A stretch of 64,000 nucleotides of DNA from Octopus sinensis (taxonomy: Eukaryota): assembly GCF_006345805.1 (NCBI RefSeq), contig NC_043010.1, positions 14,508,001 to 14,572,000 on the forward strand. Direction: 5' to 3'. The notes below the pieces were generated by a model. It had not been told where the DNA came from and ran no database searches. It saw only the letters and a program-made list of their open reading frames with translations. Positions 1-12,107 of this stretch are shown in pieces (position 1 is the stretch's first letter; each line of letters starts with the position of its first letter). The translations under genes and the position numbers were made by a program.

Positions 1-396
1 AGACTTATACTGAAAGACCTGCAATCCTTCGTCTGGAGTTCTTGCTGCCAAGCAACTCCAATGGTATGACTATTCACGTATTCTAATCTTAAGACAGTTA
101 TGTTGGCTAAAAACATCAGAACTACTGACAATATGGTTTTAAGCAGTTCCCAAAAGTCGCTTGTTTGAAATGTTTCACGTCCTTTTAGTACCTTCTTCGT
201 AAATTTTGTAAGCCTTTGTTGCAGGAGTCAGAGATATTCGATGGCCAACAAAGACAGGAATTCGTTTATATCTTCCCTGTAATTGTTGTTGGTTTTGGGT
301 CCGTCAGCTCACTGGATTCCTTAAGAAAATCATGAAATTGAAAAGTAGGTCTGTGTACAGATGTTGAGAGTTTTAGTGGTAATGGTGTCTTTTGGT

Positions 397-621
397 CTGG
401 CAGACACATTAGCGCGCCGGGCGAAATCCTTAGCGGTATTTCGTCTGCCATTACGTTCTGAGTTCAAATTCCGCCAAGGTCGACTTTGCCTTTCATCCTT
501 TCGGGGTCGATAAATTAAGTACCAGTTGCACACTGGGGTCGATGTAATCGACTTAATCCGTGTGTCTGTCTTTGTTTGTCCTCTCTGTGTTTAGCCCCTT
601 GTGGGTAGTAAAGAAATAGGT
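397..621 (+). mobile_element. SINE family A (central domain GTCGACTTTGCCTTTCATCCTTTCGGGGTCGATAAA), tail type 1
   Basis: Homologous to more than 8 other copies in the window; ends AGCCCCTTGTGGGTAGTAAAGAAATA. Confidence 0.85.
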
Positions 622-1529
622 GGCTTTTCGTCTGCTGTAATTATGGCTACGGTTTTTCCTGTGGTTGTTATGCTCAGCATATTGCTATGGTTGTTCTGAC
701 AGAGATTCACACTCTCACTCTTTCTCCCTCTTTCTCTCTCTGGTTTATTTCCCTCTCTTTAATGACCTTCTCCATGCAAACCCATCAAGTGCTGGAAACA
801 CTGACCTTGGTCTTCCCTTTGACCCCTGAATCCAATATTGGAATCTTCCTTGTCATTTGACAAGAAATTAGAAGAGAACAAAGATATGTACTTTACATTT
901 CTGTCGATGTTGTTCTTGGTTGCCGCACTCCTGTATGTGTGTTTTGATTCATCGCGGTATTGGCTCCTTCTGCTCTTATTACTGCGGTGTTTGTAATTGT
1001 GATGTGGGTTGGTAGCAATGTGAGTTTTCCCTTTTACGTTCGACACAGATGTTTGGTGTCACCACAAGAGTAGAACCTGGGTCTTCCTCAACCACAATGT
1101 ACAGTTGTGTCCGTTCGGCAAGTCTTGCTGATTGCAATTTCTCCAGGTAAATTCTATTGAATCAGAAACTCTAAGCTCGATTCCAGTCCTTGACAAGGTT
1201 CCCTGTATGAAAAAACTTTAGTTTACCATCTCATCGTCTGACAGCCCTCACGACAACCACAATTAATTTCAGGCGGCACATCCCTCACTTTCGTCTCCTG
1301 AAAAAGTCTCCTTACTCATCTACGACTCAATGATTTGTTCCTCCTCCTCCTCCTCCAATAATCGCGCTTCTAATGATGCATGACATTTTACTTGGTTGAT
1401 CTCGATCTCACACACGTTTTAGACTGATTCTGTTCTGTAAGGACTGGGCTGTGCGTTTCCCACTGCTAGCAGATTGATATTTCTTGTGGGTTTAGGATGA
1501 GTTCTGCATAAATGGCAAGAATGGTTATA

Positions 1530-1753
1530 CAGTGATCCCTCGTCATATCGTGCTTCACCTATCGCGGTTTATTGTTTAAGTTTACGTCGATTCCTCCGTG
1601 GTGTTGTTTTGCATTTATAATAAAATAAATATATAAAAATTATTAAAAAAATGTTTTAAAAACATATAGTACAGTATTGTTTTTACTTCGCGGACTTTCA
1701 CTTATCGCGGGGGTTTTTGGAACCTAACAACCGCGATAGTCGAGGGATTACTA
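1530..1753. mobile_element. Tigger/pogo-like (Tc1/mariner) MITE
   Basis: TA|CAGTGATCCCTCG ... CGAGGGATTACTA|TA: imperfect TIRs with TA duplication. Confidence 0.75.
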
Positions 1754-2115
1754 TATTTTCATTTCTCTCCTTCCAGATTTTGCAACGATGTTTCCAAACT
1801 GGTGTCTGCTGGGCCCCAAACATGGACGAATTTTCTTCTTCTTTTCCTCCTCCTCCTGCCCCTGCTCTTCTTCCTGCTGCTCCTGATCCTTCTCCTTATC
1901 CTCTTACTCCTGCTGCTCCCCTCCGGTTCATTATTATTATTATTATTATATTATTATTATTATTATTGTTACGTGTATACTTCATTTTTTATATTATCAT
2001 TTCATTATTATATGTAAACCCCCACAATTTATGTCTGTCTCTGTATTGTTCCTTTTGTCCCTCGCCCTTGTGGCAAATAAATGAAATCATTATTATTATT
2101 ATTATTATTATTATT

Positions 2116-2331
2116 GAAAGCGGTGAGCTGGCAGGATCGTTAGTACGCCGGGCAAAAGATTTAGCGGTATTTCGCCCGTTTTTACGTTGTAAGTTCAACT
2201 TCCGACGAGATCGACTTTGTTTTTCATCCTTTCGAGGTCGATAAATTAAGTACCAGTGAAACACTGGGGTCGATGTAATCGACTAGTCCTCTACCCCAAA
2301 ATTTCAAGGCCTTGTGCCTTCAATAGAAAGG

Positions 2332-2360
<29 letters not shown>
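2116..2360 (+). mobile_element. SINE family A, tail type 2 ending in (ATT)n
   Basis: Same head and core as 397-621; tail CCCCAAAATTTCAAGGCCTTGTGCC...GAAAGGATTATT. Confidence 0.85.
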
Positions 2361-2361
<1 letters not shown>

Positions 2362-2364
<3 letters not shown>

Positions 2365-2830
2365 TAGTTTTATTTTTATAGCGTGCTTTCACTTCACTAC
2401 CGAGCGCAGCTCTGTGTGCCTTGGGTATGTGCTGTGATTTGTTATGATGCTCTGATGGTTATTGTATGGAAAGTGTTCTGCGTAGGATGTGTGCAGCGCC
2501 TAGTAGTGCAATTTTCTGTATGTTATATGTGTTTGTAAGTCCTGGTGTTTTTGTTATGTATTTGTCTGAATATTTTTTTATCATGCCTAATGCACCTACT
2601 ATGATAGGAATTGTTTCTGTTTTTAGATTCCACATTCTGGTTACCTCTATTTCCAGGTCTTTGTATTTTGAGAGTTTCTCCATTTCTTTTAGAGACACAT
2701 TGTCATCTGCCGTTTATTATTATTATTATTTTCTTTTTATCACAGGTTTTGTTGGAGCTCCTGGAGTCTTGCATGCATAGCGGGATTGTTACCTGTAGCT
2801 TACGATACCATGCTAGTCTTTCTTTTCATC
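2362..2830 (-). mobile_element. R4/Dong-like (RLE-type) non-LTR retrotransposon 3' fragments
   Basis: EKLSKYKDLEIEVTRMWNLKTETIPIIVGALG...QKIALLGAAHILRRTL is an RLE C-terminus; 2731-2830 resembles 51488-51570; (TAA)n flanks. Confidence 0.8.
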
Positions 2831-2877
2831 TAATACTTCCCTGATTATTCTGGCCGTGCCATGAAGCTAAAGCTGTA

Positions 2878-3184
2878 CATTCTGTTCCTTCTCGAGCTAT
2901 GCCTGGCTCATAAGAGCCGGTTTCGCGGTTTCTTTGGCGTATAGGTTCCCCACCTGGACGGGACGCCGGTCCGTCGCAGGTGAGCTGCAAGATGCAGGAG
3001 GAAAGAGTGAGAGAAAGTTGTGGTGAAAGAGTCAGCAGAAGTTTCGCCATTACCTTCTGCCGGAGCCGCGTCGAGCTTAGGTGTTTCGCTCATAAACACA
3101 CACACATCGCCCGGTCTGAGATTCGAAGCCGAGATCCCTCGACCGCGAGTCCGCTGCTCTAACCACTAGGCCATGTGCCTCCAC
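2878..3184 (-). mobile_element. tRNA-derived SINE family C, tail 1
   Basis: Head GTGGAGGCACATGGCCTAGTGGTTAGAGCAGCGGACTCGCGGTC with A/B-box-like motifs, shared with 15519-15900 and 23523-23835. Confidence 0.85.
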
Positions 3185-3649
3185 ACAAAGCTATGCATTA
3201 GTAAAGCGAGACCCCAGTACATGACTGGTATATATTTTTAGACTCCACTGGGATGAAAACAAATTTGACCTCGGCAGGATTTGAACTCATACAATAATTG
3301 GAATAAAGTTAGGTCATTCAATCTATCACCACGACCATATTTGCACGTTTCACATTAAAAAGTTACATTGCTACTGTTCTTGATGATGATGATGATGATG
3401 ATAATATTGCAAGAAAGAAAAGAAAAATGTATGAAAGGAGGCGGGGAAGTATGAGAAAGGAGTGGAAGGTGTGTATAAATGATTTACGAGAAAGGTGAAT
3501 GTTGAAGGGAGAAGTGCGAAAAGGGGGAGAGGAATAAGTGTTTGCTGCGATTGGCAAATGAAATACTTTGCCGCCGGCCGCAAGTCACGTGTTCAGTAAT
3601 GACGGTGGTTTCTTCAGTCGATTTAACGAAATGCTAAAGTAATTAATAC

Positions 3650-3874
3650 GGATGATGATGATGATGATGATGGTGACGATAACGGTGATGAACATGACAA
3701 CAAAAACAGCATCATCATCATCATCATCAGCAACGACAACAACAATAATAATAATAGCAATAATGATAATTATAATACTAATAATTTATGAAGATAATGA
3801 TACCGATAACGATGATGATTATGACAATAACTGCAATAACAACAACAACGACGATGGTGAATAATAACAACAAC

Positions 3875-3928
<54 letters not shown>

Positions 3929-3960
3929 GACGACGACAACAACAACAACAATACAACTGA
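3650..3960. repeat. Compound trinucleotide microsatellite (GAT/CAT/AAC/AAT)
   Basis: Direct inspection. Confidence 0.9.
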
Positions 3961-4269
3961 TCAGGAATTGAAACTAAATTAAAAATTAGATAATCACTGA
4001 TCGTAATTCAGATAAACAAAATAGAAAAAAAAAAAACACAAAACAACAAGCAAAAGACAAAATACAAAAAACAACAACAAAACAACAAAAATAAAAAAAA
4101 CCAGATGCTTGCGCAACTTGGATGCGCAGCCACAAACTGTAGGAATGTAAACTATGTTTGTTGTCATTGTTGTTGCTTTTGTTGTATTTTTGGGGTTCTT
4201 TTTGTTTGCTGTCGTTGTATGTTGAATCTCTTGCTTTCGATGTTGCTATCTTTGTTTTAGTTGTTATAG

Positions 4270-4600
4270 TAGTAGCAGTGGTGGTGGTGGTGGTGGTGGT
4301 GATGGTGGTGTTGGTGGTAATGGTGGTGATGATGATGATGGTGGTGGTGGTAATGGTGGTGATGGTAGTGGTGATGGTGGTGGTGGTGGTGGTGGTGGTG
4401 GTGGTAATGGTGGTGATGGTGGTGGTGATGATGGTGGTGATGGTGATAGTAGTGGGTGGTTGTGATGTTGATGGTGGTGGTGAAGGTGGTGATGGTGACG
4501 GTTGTGGTTATGGTGGTGGTGGTGATGGTGATGGAGGTGATGGCGGTGGTAGTGGTGGTGGTGTATAGTAGTGGGGATGGTGGTGTTGGTAGTGATAACG
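4270..4600. repeat. (GGT/GAT)n microsatellite
   Basis: Direct inspection. Confidence 0.9.
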
Positions 4601-4904
4601 CCAGTGGTAGGAATAATGATGTCAGAAACAGTCGACGACGTGGTATTGACAATATTATCGCGGAAACCTTGAGAGGTCCGAGAGGAAACGGAATAAAATG
4701 TTGCGCGGCTGAAAAGTGTGTGTGACAGATGAAGTATTGGAGTTTTAATGGAAGTTAGACTTGTAAGAAGGAAGAGCCGACTCTTTTTAAATTATTCTCA
4801 ATTGAATTAAAAAATGGAAAAACTTATCGAAACAATTCCATCCTCTCTATCTACAATACTCCCTCTCAGCTGAGGGTACTCTTTGGTCTTCCGAGGTCCT
4901 CAGT

Positions 4905-5075
4905 GCTGCTGCGTGAAGTGGTTGATGTTAGGAAGGACATTTGGCAGTTGAAAGCGTATGAAAACAGATATTTGGAGCCCGGTGCAGTCTGCGGAGTTGT
5001 CGGCTCTTGACCAAGGCAGCAAAGAAGGCGTTAAATGATAACGATGATGTTGATGATGATGATGATGATGATGAT
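4905..5075 (+). mobile_element. Degenerate RTE-type LINE/SINE 3' tail ending in (GAT)n
   Basis: GTTAGGAAGGACAT...GGCGTTAAATGATAACGATGATG resembles RTE-type tails. Confidence 0.4.
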
Positions 5076-5253
5076 GAATCCTAAAAATTGATACGTTAGA
5101 AATCAATGAGATGGTCATGAGTGGATTTTAATCGATAAATAATAAACAAATCACCAGATGGAAATGGAGACAAAATAAAAATTTGAAGGCGATGACTGGC
5201 AGAAAAAAAAGGGGTTATGAAGGAGAACCATCGAAGTGAACCGCACCAACACA

Positions 5254-5286
<33 letters not shown>

Positions 5287-5460
5287 CACTTATGCAAGGA
5301 AATTTAAAAGAGAGTTAACGAATAAGGCAAACAGCAAATATTCCATGAATTCCAAGTTAGAAAACCGGAAATGTTGTCAACTTCCTATGGAAGGCCACAA
5401 CAGCCAAACGATCTTGCCGAACAGAGTGCAACAAGAACGATAATGACAGAAATAAGCAAT

Positions 5461-5514
<54 letters not shown>

Positions 5515-5533
5515 TTTCATACAGCAATAACCA

Positions 5534-5765
5534 GCGGCGAGCTGGCAGAAACGTTAGCACGCCGGGCGAAATGCGTAGCCGTATTTCGTCTGCCGTTAGG
5601 TTCTGTGTTCAAATTCCGCCGAGGTCGACTTTGTCTTTCATCCTTTCGGGGTCGATAAATTAAGTACCAGTTACGTACTGGGGTCGAGGTAATCGACTTA
5701 ATCCGTTTGTCTGTCCTTGTTTGTCCCCTCTGTGTTTAGCCCCTTGTGGGCAATAAAGAAATAAA
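5534..5765 (+). mobile_element. SINE family A, tail type 1
   Basis: Near full-length copy ending GCCCCTTGTGGGCAATAAAGAAATAA. Confidence 0.85.
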
Positions 5766-6031
5766 AAAAAATAACCAAGGGAGAGAAAGCATACGATGTA
5801 ATCCTGTGCCAAAACTAACAGCAACAAAAAGTCTTCAAATGTAAACAAAGCCATTTACACACCGAAGCACGAAAGACACCCGAAAGAAGACGAAAAATAC
5901 TAGAGTTATGCGGAGTACAAGGGTTTTATGACGAAAATAGAGCAAAGAAGACAAAACAACACACACACATAGAGGAGTCACTCGTGCCACACTCAACGCT
6001 AGAATAAGAACGATGTATTAGAACTGTTATA

Positions 6032-6431
6032 GGATCTTTTCGGTTTGAACAGCAGTTTTTAATATAATTTCTAGGTAACTAAAAAATTTTAAACTTCATA
6101 TACTGGTAGAATGTGTTTATAAAGCATTTTTTCCCTCTTGGCTTTATTGAGAAAATTCTATAGTTTGGAAGATATTTGTTGTTTTTTTTTCTTCAATTTC
6201 TGCAATTTCAACCAATCACTGACGTCTATTGAGTTAAAAAGCATTCTGTGCCGTATGAATATTTCCCTCGTTTAAGAAACAGATTGGGTTTATTTACATT
6301 TGTGAAGAAAAAAATATACCCTAACCCTAAAAGAGATTGAAATGCAATAGATCGATTCTAGGGTCATAATTATGGGGGACAATTTCATATGACACCGCTA
6401 GAAAAAACTGCCGCTCAAACCGAAAAGATCC
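6032..6431. mobile_element. MITE family D (TIR GGATCTTTTCGGTTTGAACRGCAGTTTT), 8-bp TSD CTGTTATA
   Basis: About 28-bp TIRs; TSD at 6024-6031 and 6432-6439; three further copies. Confidence 0.9.
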
Positions 6432-7176
6432 CTGTTATAGATTGTATGATTAGTCGGTTCAATTAGGGGCAACCTGGGGTTAAATGACAATGGCAGCATT
6501 TATCGAGTAAGAAACAGCAGCCAAATCCCACTCAGATCTGATCCTAACGTCTAAAATAAAATTAAAAACAAAAACATTTGTTAATACAGTAATCGATACA
6601 GTGTGATCATCATCATCAACAGGATGATCACAATTGGAATGCCTTTGATCAGTTCAAGTAAAAGCTATCTTGGATTAACAACAACAATAACAACAACAGC
6701 AGCAACAACAACAAGAGGCACGAAAGAACCTCTATATGGTTGCTGGATGAGCTAGAAATATCGACCAGGCCTCCCTACGAACTTAAAAATGGAAGGACAC
6801 ATAAATATAGTACAAGATAGGGTGGTCGCAGTGGGAACGTCCGGTATTTAAAACTAAGAGGACCTCGAGCAAAGATTCCCGATACGTGAGACGAATGAAA
6901 AGAAATGCGTCTTCGTTTTCATTTCAGACAAGTTGACAGGGGAAGACAACTGGAGTGGCAGCACTTGTGTAGCTTGCGGGTGTTGTGACAGTGTATTGAT
7001 GACGATGAGGATGATGATGATGATGATCATCATCATCATGATGGTAGCAGTGGTGAAGATGAGGATGATCGGAGTGGATGGTATGTAATGTATATTCCAG
7101 GCTTGATGATTAACCAGTCAAGTTTTTATTAGCGAAACCAATAATTCCTCTCTCTCTCTTTCTCATTCACTCTCTG

Positions 7177-7215
<39 letters not shown>

Positions 7216-7302
7216 GACGCTGTTTATACATGCACATGCTCATATATTTATGTGTGTGCATGAGCGTGTGTGTGCATGCATATATATATGTGTGTGTGTG
7301 TG

Positions 7303-7346
<44 letters not shown>

Positions 7347-7719
7347 TATATATAACGGGAAGGTTACGAAAATAAACAAAAGACGAAGGCAGGTGGAGTA
7401 CAAACAAGCAAATGTATTAGTATGGCGCTCAGGAATAGAAATAGAACAAGTCTTTTACGTTTCGAGCCTACGCTCTTCGACAGAAAGATACTCAGAAAAG
7501 AAACAAGGAGAGAAAAAAAATGCGTGTAGGAGATAACGGTCTATCATGGCGTTCTATATGTATATATATATATATGTATAGGCAAACAACGAGGGATCTT
7601 GTGTAGCTCTGCGGTCGGCAAGCCTTGAAAAAAAAATGTAGGAAAAGTGTCTGTGTGCCTCTCCAGCTACCCTAAAGTGCAAGGGGGTGCCGTGAATTTG
7701 TCGTGAGGATTGGAATAAT

Positions 7720-8620
7720 TATCATACTTCTTCTGTTTGCTTTCTGGACATCTCCGTCAAAAGACACAATACCCACCCCTCCACCTCTGTCTACCATAAG
7801 CCTGCTGACTCCCACTGCTACCTCCACTACTCTTCCTCTCACCCCAAACACATCAAATCTGCCATACCTCTCTCTTAATTTCTTCGCCTTCGACGACTTT
7901 GCAGCATCGATTCGGATTTCGAATCCCATTGCAAAACGATGCGACAGTTTTTTTTTATCGGAATCGAGGCTATCTTCCACCAGTTGTCGACCCAGCACTC
8001 CACCGAGCCCGAGCCATCAATCACACCACAGCTCTCCTACCATCTTCATGCACTTCCACCGACCGTATTCCACTCTCTCTCAACTTCCACCCGTCCATCC
8101 TCCCTCTAAAATACAAACTCACCCACAACTTTCGCATTCTCCTTTCTGACCCAACAACCACCCCTATTTTTTTCTATACCGCCTTCCCTGTCTTTTAAAA
8201 AAGATAGGTGTTTTAGAAATCTCCTTGTCAGAAGCTTCCCAGCTCCGCACAACCAGAAACCTTTAAATGTTTTCGCCGACGATGTAACACATGCCCTTAC
8301 ATCAACAATATTACCACCATCACGGGGCCCAAGAAGCACTATCACACAACACAACCCTTCTGTTGCACTTCGGCGAATCTTATATATTGCATCATATGCA
8401 GATTCTGCGGTGCTCTTTACATCAGAAGCATAATGCTACGTATGTCAGGCCAACCTGCTTCAACACTGCGAATCATTCCATTGTAGATTTTATCAGTGTG
8501 TAGCATGGCCCTGTACCACGAACCCCACTTCTTTAAGAAACGAAAAGAGCAACGTCTCAGATTTCATCTTGGCATTATGATCTTGACAGGAATGAATGAA
8601 CGTTTTTCCTTTCATTCTTT
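7720..8620 (+). pseudogene. Penelope-like element remnant: RT thumb plus GIY-YIG endonuclease, copy 1
   Basis: FLDISV...STSVYHKPADSHCYLHYSSSHPKHIKSAIPLS*FLRLRRLCS...FF and FCCTSANLIYCIICRFCGALYI; stops and frameshifts. Confidence 0.85.
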
Positions 8621-9382
8621 CACCTCCTCTTAATTCCTTTTTACCCTTTTTAATCCCCCTTTCTTAAGTTAATTAACATGTACAGGAAAAGGTGAGTGTG
8701 CTAATTATTAAAACGCGCATACAACCATGACCATAAGCGTTTAGGTGTATTTAACCTCATCAGCGCCGCACAGACACTTGCCGATCATTTCTTCGGTTTT
8801 TACATACAGAACATTTTGGGCTAAGAATAATTCACAAAATTTAAGCTTCAAAAGAGCTAAAGGGAAATAACTCAATGAGACTAATAGCATTTAATTGGGT
8901 AATTAATTTAGAGGGTAGTGTACTGAATGACGTATATTGCTCAGATTATGTATGTAAATGCGTAGAGAATATATATATATATATATTATATATATATATA
9001 TATAAATATATATATAACGGGAAGGTTTACGAAAATAAACAAAAGACGAAGGCAGGTGGAGTACAAACAAGCAAATGTATTAGTATGGCGCTCAGGAATA
9101 GAAATAGAACAAGTCTTTTACGTTTCGAGCCTACGCTCTTCGACAGAAAGATACTCAGAAAAGAAACAAGGAGAGAAAAAAAATGCGTGTAGGAGATAAC
9201 GGTCTATCATGGCGTTCTATATGTATATATATATATATGTATAGGCAAACAACGAGGGATCTTGTGTAGCTCTGCGGTCGGCAAGCCTTGAAAAAAAAAT
9301 GTAGGAAAAGTGTCTGTGTGCCTCTCCAGCTACCCTAAAGTGCAAGGGGGTGCCGTGAATTTGTCGTGAGGATTGGAATAAT

Positions 9383-10280
9383 TATCATACTTCTTCTGTT
9401 TGCTTTCTGGACATCTCCGTCAAAAGACACAATACCCACCCCTCCACCTCTGTCTACCATAAGCCTGCTGACTCCCACTGCTACCTCCACTACTCTTCCT
9501 CTCACCCCAAACACATCAAATCTGCCATACCTCTCTCTTAATTTCTTCGCCTTCGACGACTTTGCAGCATCGATTCGGATTTCGAATCCCATTGCAAAAC
9601 GATGCGACAGTTTTTTTTTAAATCGAGGCTATCTTCCACCAGTTGTCGACCCAGCACTCCACCGAGCCCGAGCCATCAATCACACCACAGCTCTCCTACA
9701 TCTTCATGCACTTCCACCGACCGTATTCCACTCTCTCTCAACTTCCACCCGTCCATCCTCCCTCTAAAATACAAACTCACCCACAACTTTCGCATTCTCC
9801 TTTCTGACCCAACAACCACCCCTATTTTTTTCTATACCGCCTTCCCTGTCTTTTAAAAAAGATAGGTGTTTTAGAAATCTCCTTGTCAGAAGCTTCCCAG
9901 CTCCGCACAACCAGAAACCTTTAAATGTTTTCGCCGACGATGTAACACATGCCCTTACATCAACAATATTACCACCATCACGGGGCCCAAGAAGCACTAT
10001 CACACAACACAACCCTTCTGTTGCACTTCGGCGAATCTTATATATTGCATCATATGCAGATTCTGCGGTGCTCTTTACATCAGAAGCATAATGCTACGTA
10101 TGTCAGGCCAACCTGCTTCAACACTGCGAATCATTCCATTGTAGATTTTATCAGTGTGTAGCATGGCCCTGTACCACGAACCCCACTTCTTTAAGAAACG
10201 AAAAGAGCAACGTCTCAGATTTCATCTTGGCATTATGATCTTGACAGGAATGAATGAACGTTTTTCCTTTCATTCTTTCA
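9383..10280 (+). pseudogene. Penelope-like element remnant, copy 2
   Basis: Duplicate of 7720-8620, including FFLNRGYLPPVVD. Confidence 0.85.
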
Positions 10281-10626
10281 CCTCCTCTTAATTCCTTTTT
10301 ACCCTTTTTAATCCCCCTTTCTTAAGTTAATTAACATGTACAGGAAAACGTGAGTGTGCTAATTATTAAAAACGCGCATACAACCATGACCATAAGCGTT
10401 TAGGTGTATTTAACCTCATCAGCGCCGCACAGACACTTGCCGATCATTTCTTCGGTTTTTACATACAGAACATTTTGGGCTAAGAATAATTCACAAAATT
10501 TAAGCTTCAAAAGAGCTAAAGGGAAATAACTCAATGAGACTAATAGCATTTAATTGGGTAATTAATTTAGAGGGTAGTGTACTGAATGACGTATATTGCT
10601 CAGATTATGTATGTAAATGCGTAGAG

Positions 10627-10627
10627 A

Positions 10628-10658
<31 letters not shown>

Positions 10659-11240
10659 TACGTATATATATATATATGCATTCATATATATATATATATA
10701 TATGCATACATACATATATATATATGCATACATACATATATATATGCATACATACATATATATATATGCATACATACATATATATATATGCATACATACA
10801 TATATATATATGCATACATACATATATATAATATATGCATACATACATATATATATATATATGCATACATACATATATATATATTATATATGCATACATA
10901 CATATATATATATATGCATACATACATATATATATATATGCATACATACATATATATATATATGCATACATACATATATATATATATAATATATGCATAC
11001 ATATATATATGCATACATACATATATATATATATGCATACATACATATATATATATATGCATACATACATATATATATATGCATACATATATATATATGC
11101 ATACATACATATATATATATGCATATATATATATATATATGCATATATATATATATATGCATACATATATATATACATACATATATATGCATACATATAT
11201 ATATATATATATTATGCATACATATATATATAATGTATGT
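10627..11240. repeat. Minisatellite, unit ~TATGCATACATACA(TA)n
   Basis: Direct inspection; source of many spurious Y/I/H/M ORFs. Confidence 0.9.
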
Positions 11241-11983
11241 GTGCGTGTGTGTATGTATTGTCAATGCTTATCACATGCATATAATCACTCAAGTAAAACG
11301 CATGCATAAGAATATTGAGGTTAATAAACCTATTTTGAGTAAATAGTATTGTTACACACACACGTGTGTATATGCACGTACACACATACATACATACACG
11401 CGTTTAATTCAGCTTGCAGTAAAAGTTCTGGTATTTTTATCTAATACATATTTTGAAATTGCCGGAGAAAATAGTTCGTTCACCATCAACAGCAGCAACA
11501 GCAAAAAAAACAAAACAAAAGGAAAAACAACAACAAAAAAACAAACAAACAAACAGCATGAATGTTAAAATAAATATTAACAACAGCAGCAGCAGCAAGA
11601 ACAACAACGCCACCAATACAAAAAGACCAGTAACAATAGCACCAAGAACGGTAATAGCGAGAACAACGACTGCCATACCATCACCACCACCACCAACAAC
11701 AACAACAACAGTAACGCCGCCGCCGCCACCACCGATAAAAACAGGGGCCGTTGTTACTATAGTAAGCAGGTGTTTGAACGGATCTTCCTCAAACCACATC
11801 AGCTTAAAAAGAAAACTCTCCTCAATATACAACAGTTGTATTTTATAGGTGTGTGTATACAGGACTGTCTATACACACGGCTATGTTTTAATAGGTGTGT
11901 ATATGCGACTCTCTATACATGAAACTACTCATCGGTGTCTTACAGGTTTGCATACATGGTCGACCAACGAAACAAATATCAGC

Positions 11984-12107
<124 letters not shown>

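Larger units (their letters stand above)
7340..10627. repeat. About 1.66-kb tandem duplication (units ~7340-8968 and ~9003-10627) bounded by (TA)n
   Basis: Units near-identical, offset 1658-1663 bp. Confidence 0.95.

Noticed and set aside
4158-4725. Poly-His/Val/Gly ORFs
   Set aside because: Trinucleotide repeats with no domain content
7703-8149. ORF with an apparent signal peptide (MRIGIIIILLLFAFW...)
   Set aside because: An alternative frame of the Penelope RT remnant
8737-8768. Minus-strand CUGAUGA-GGU...ACC-UAAAC hammerhead-like string (duplicate near 10395-10427)
   Set aside because: GAAA is replaced by UAAA and no stem I pairing was found
10534-11346. Long ORFs rich in Y/I/H/M/C/V (also 16.2-16.7, 39.4-41.1, 48.6-49.3 and 57.3-58.7 kb)
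   Set aside because: Translations of TA/CA microsatellites, open in several frames on both strands
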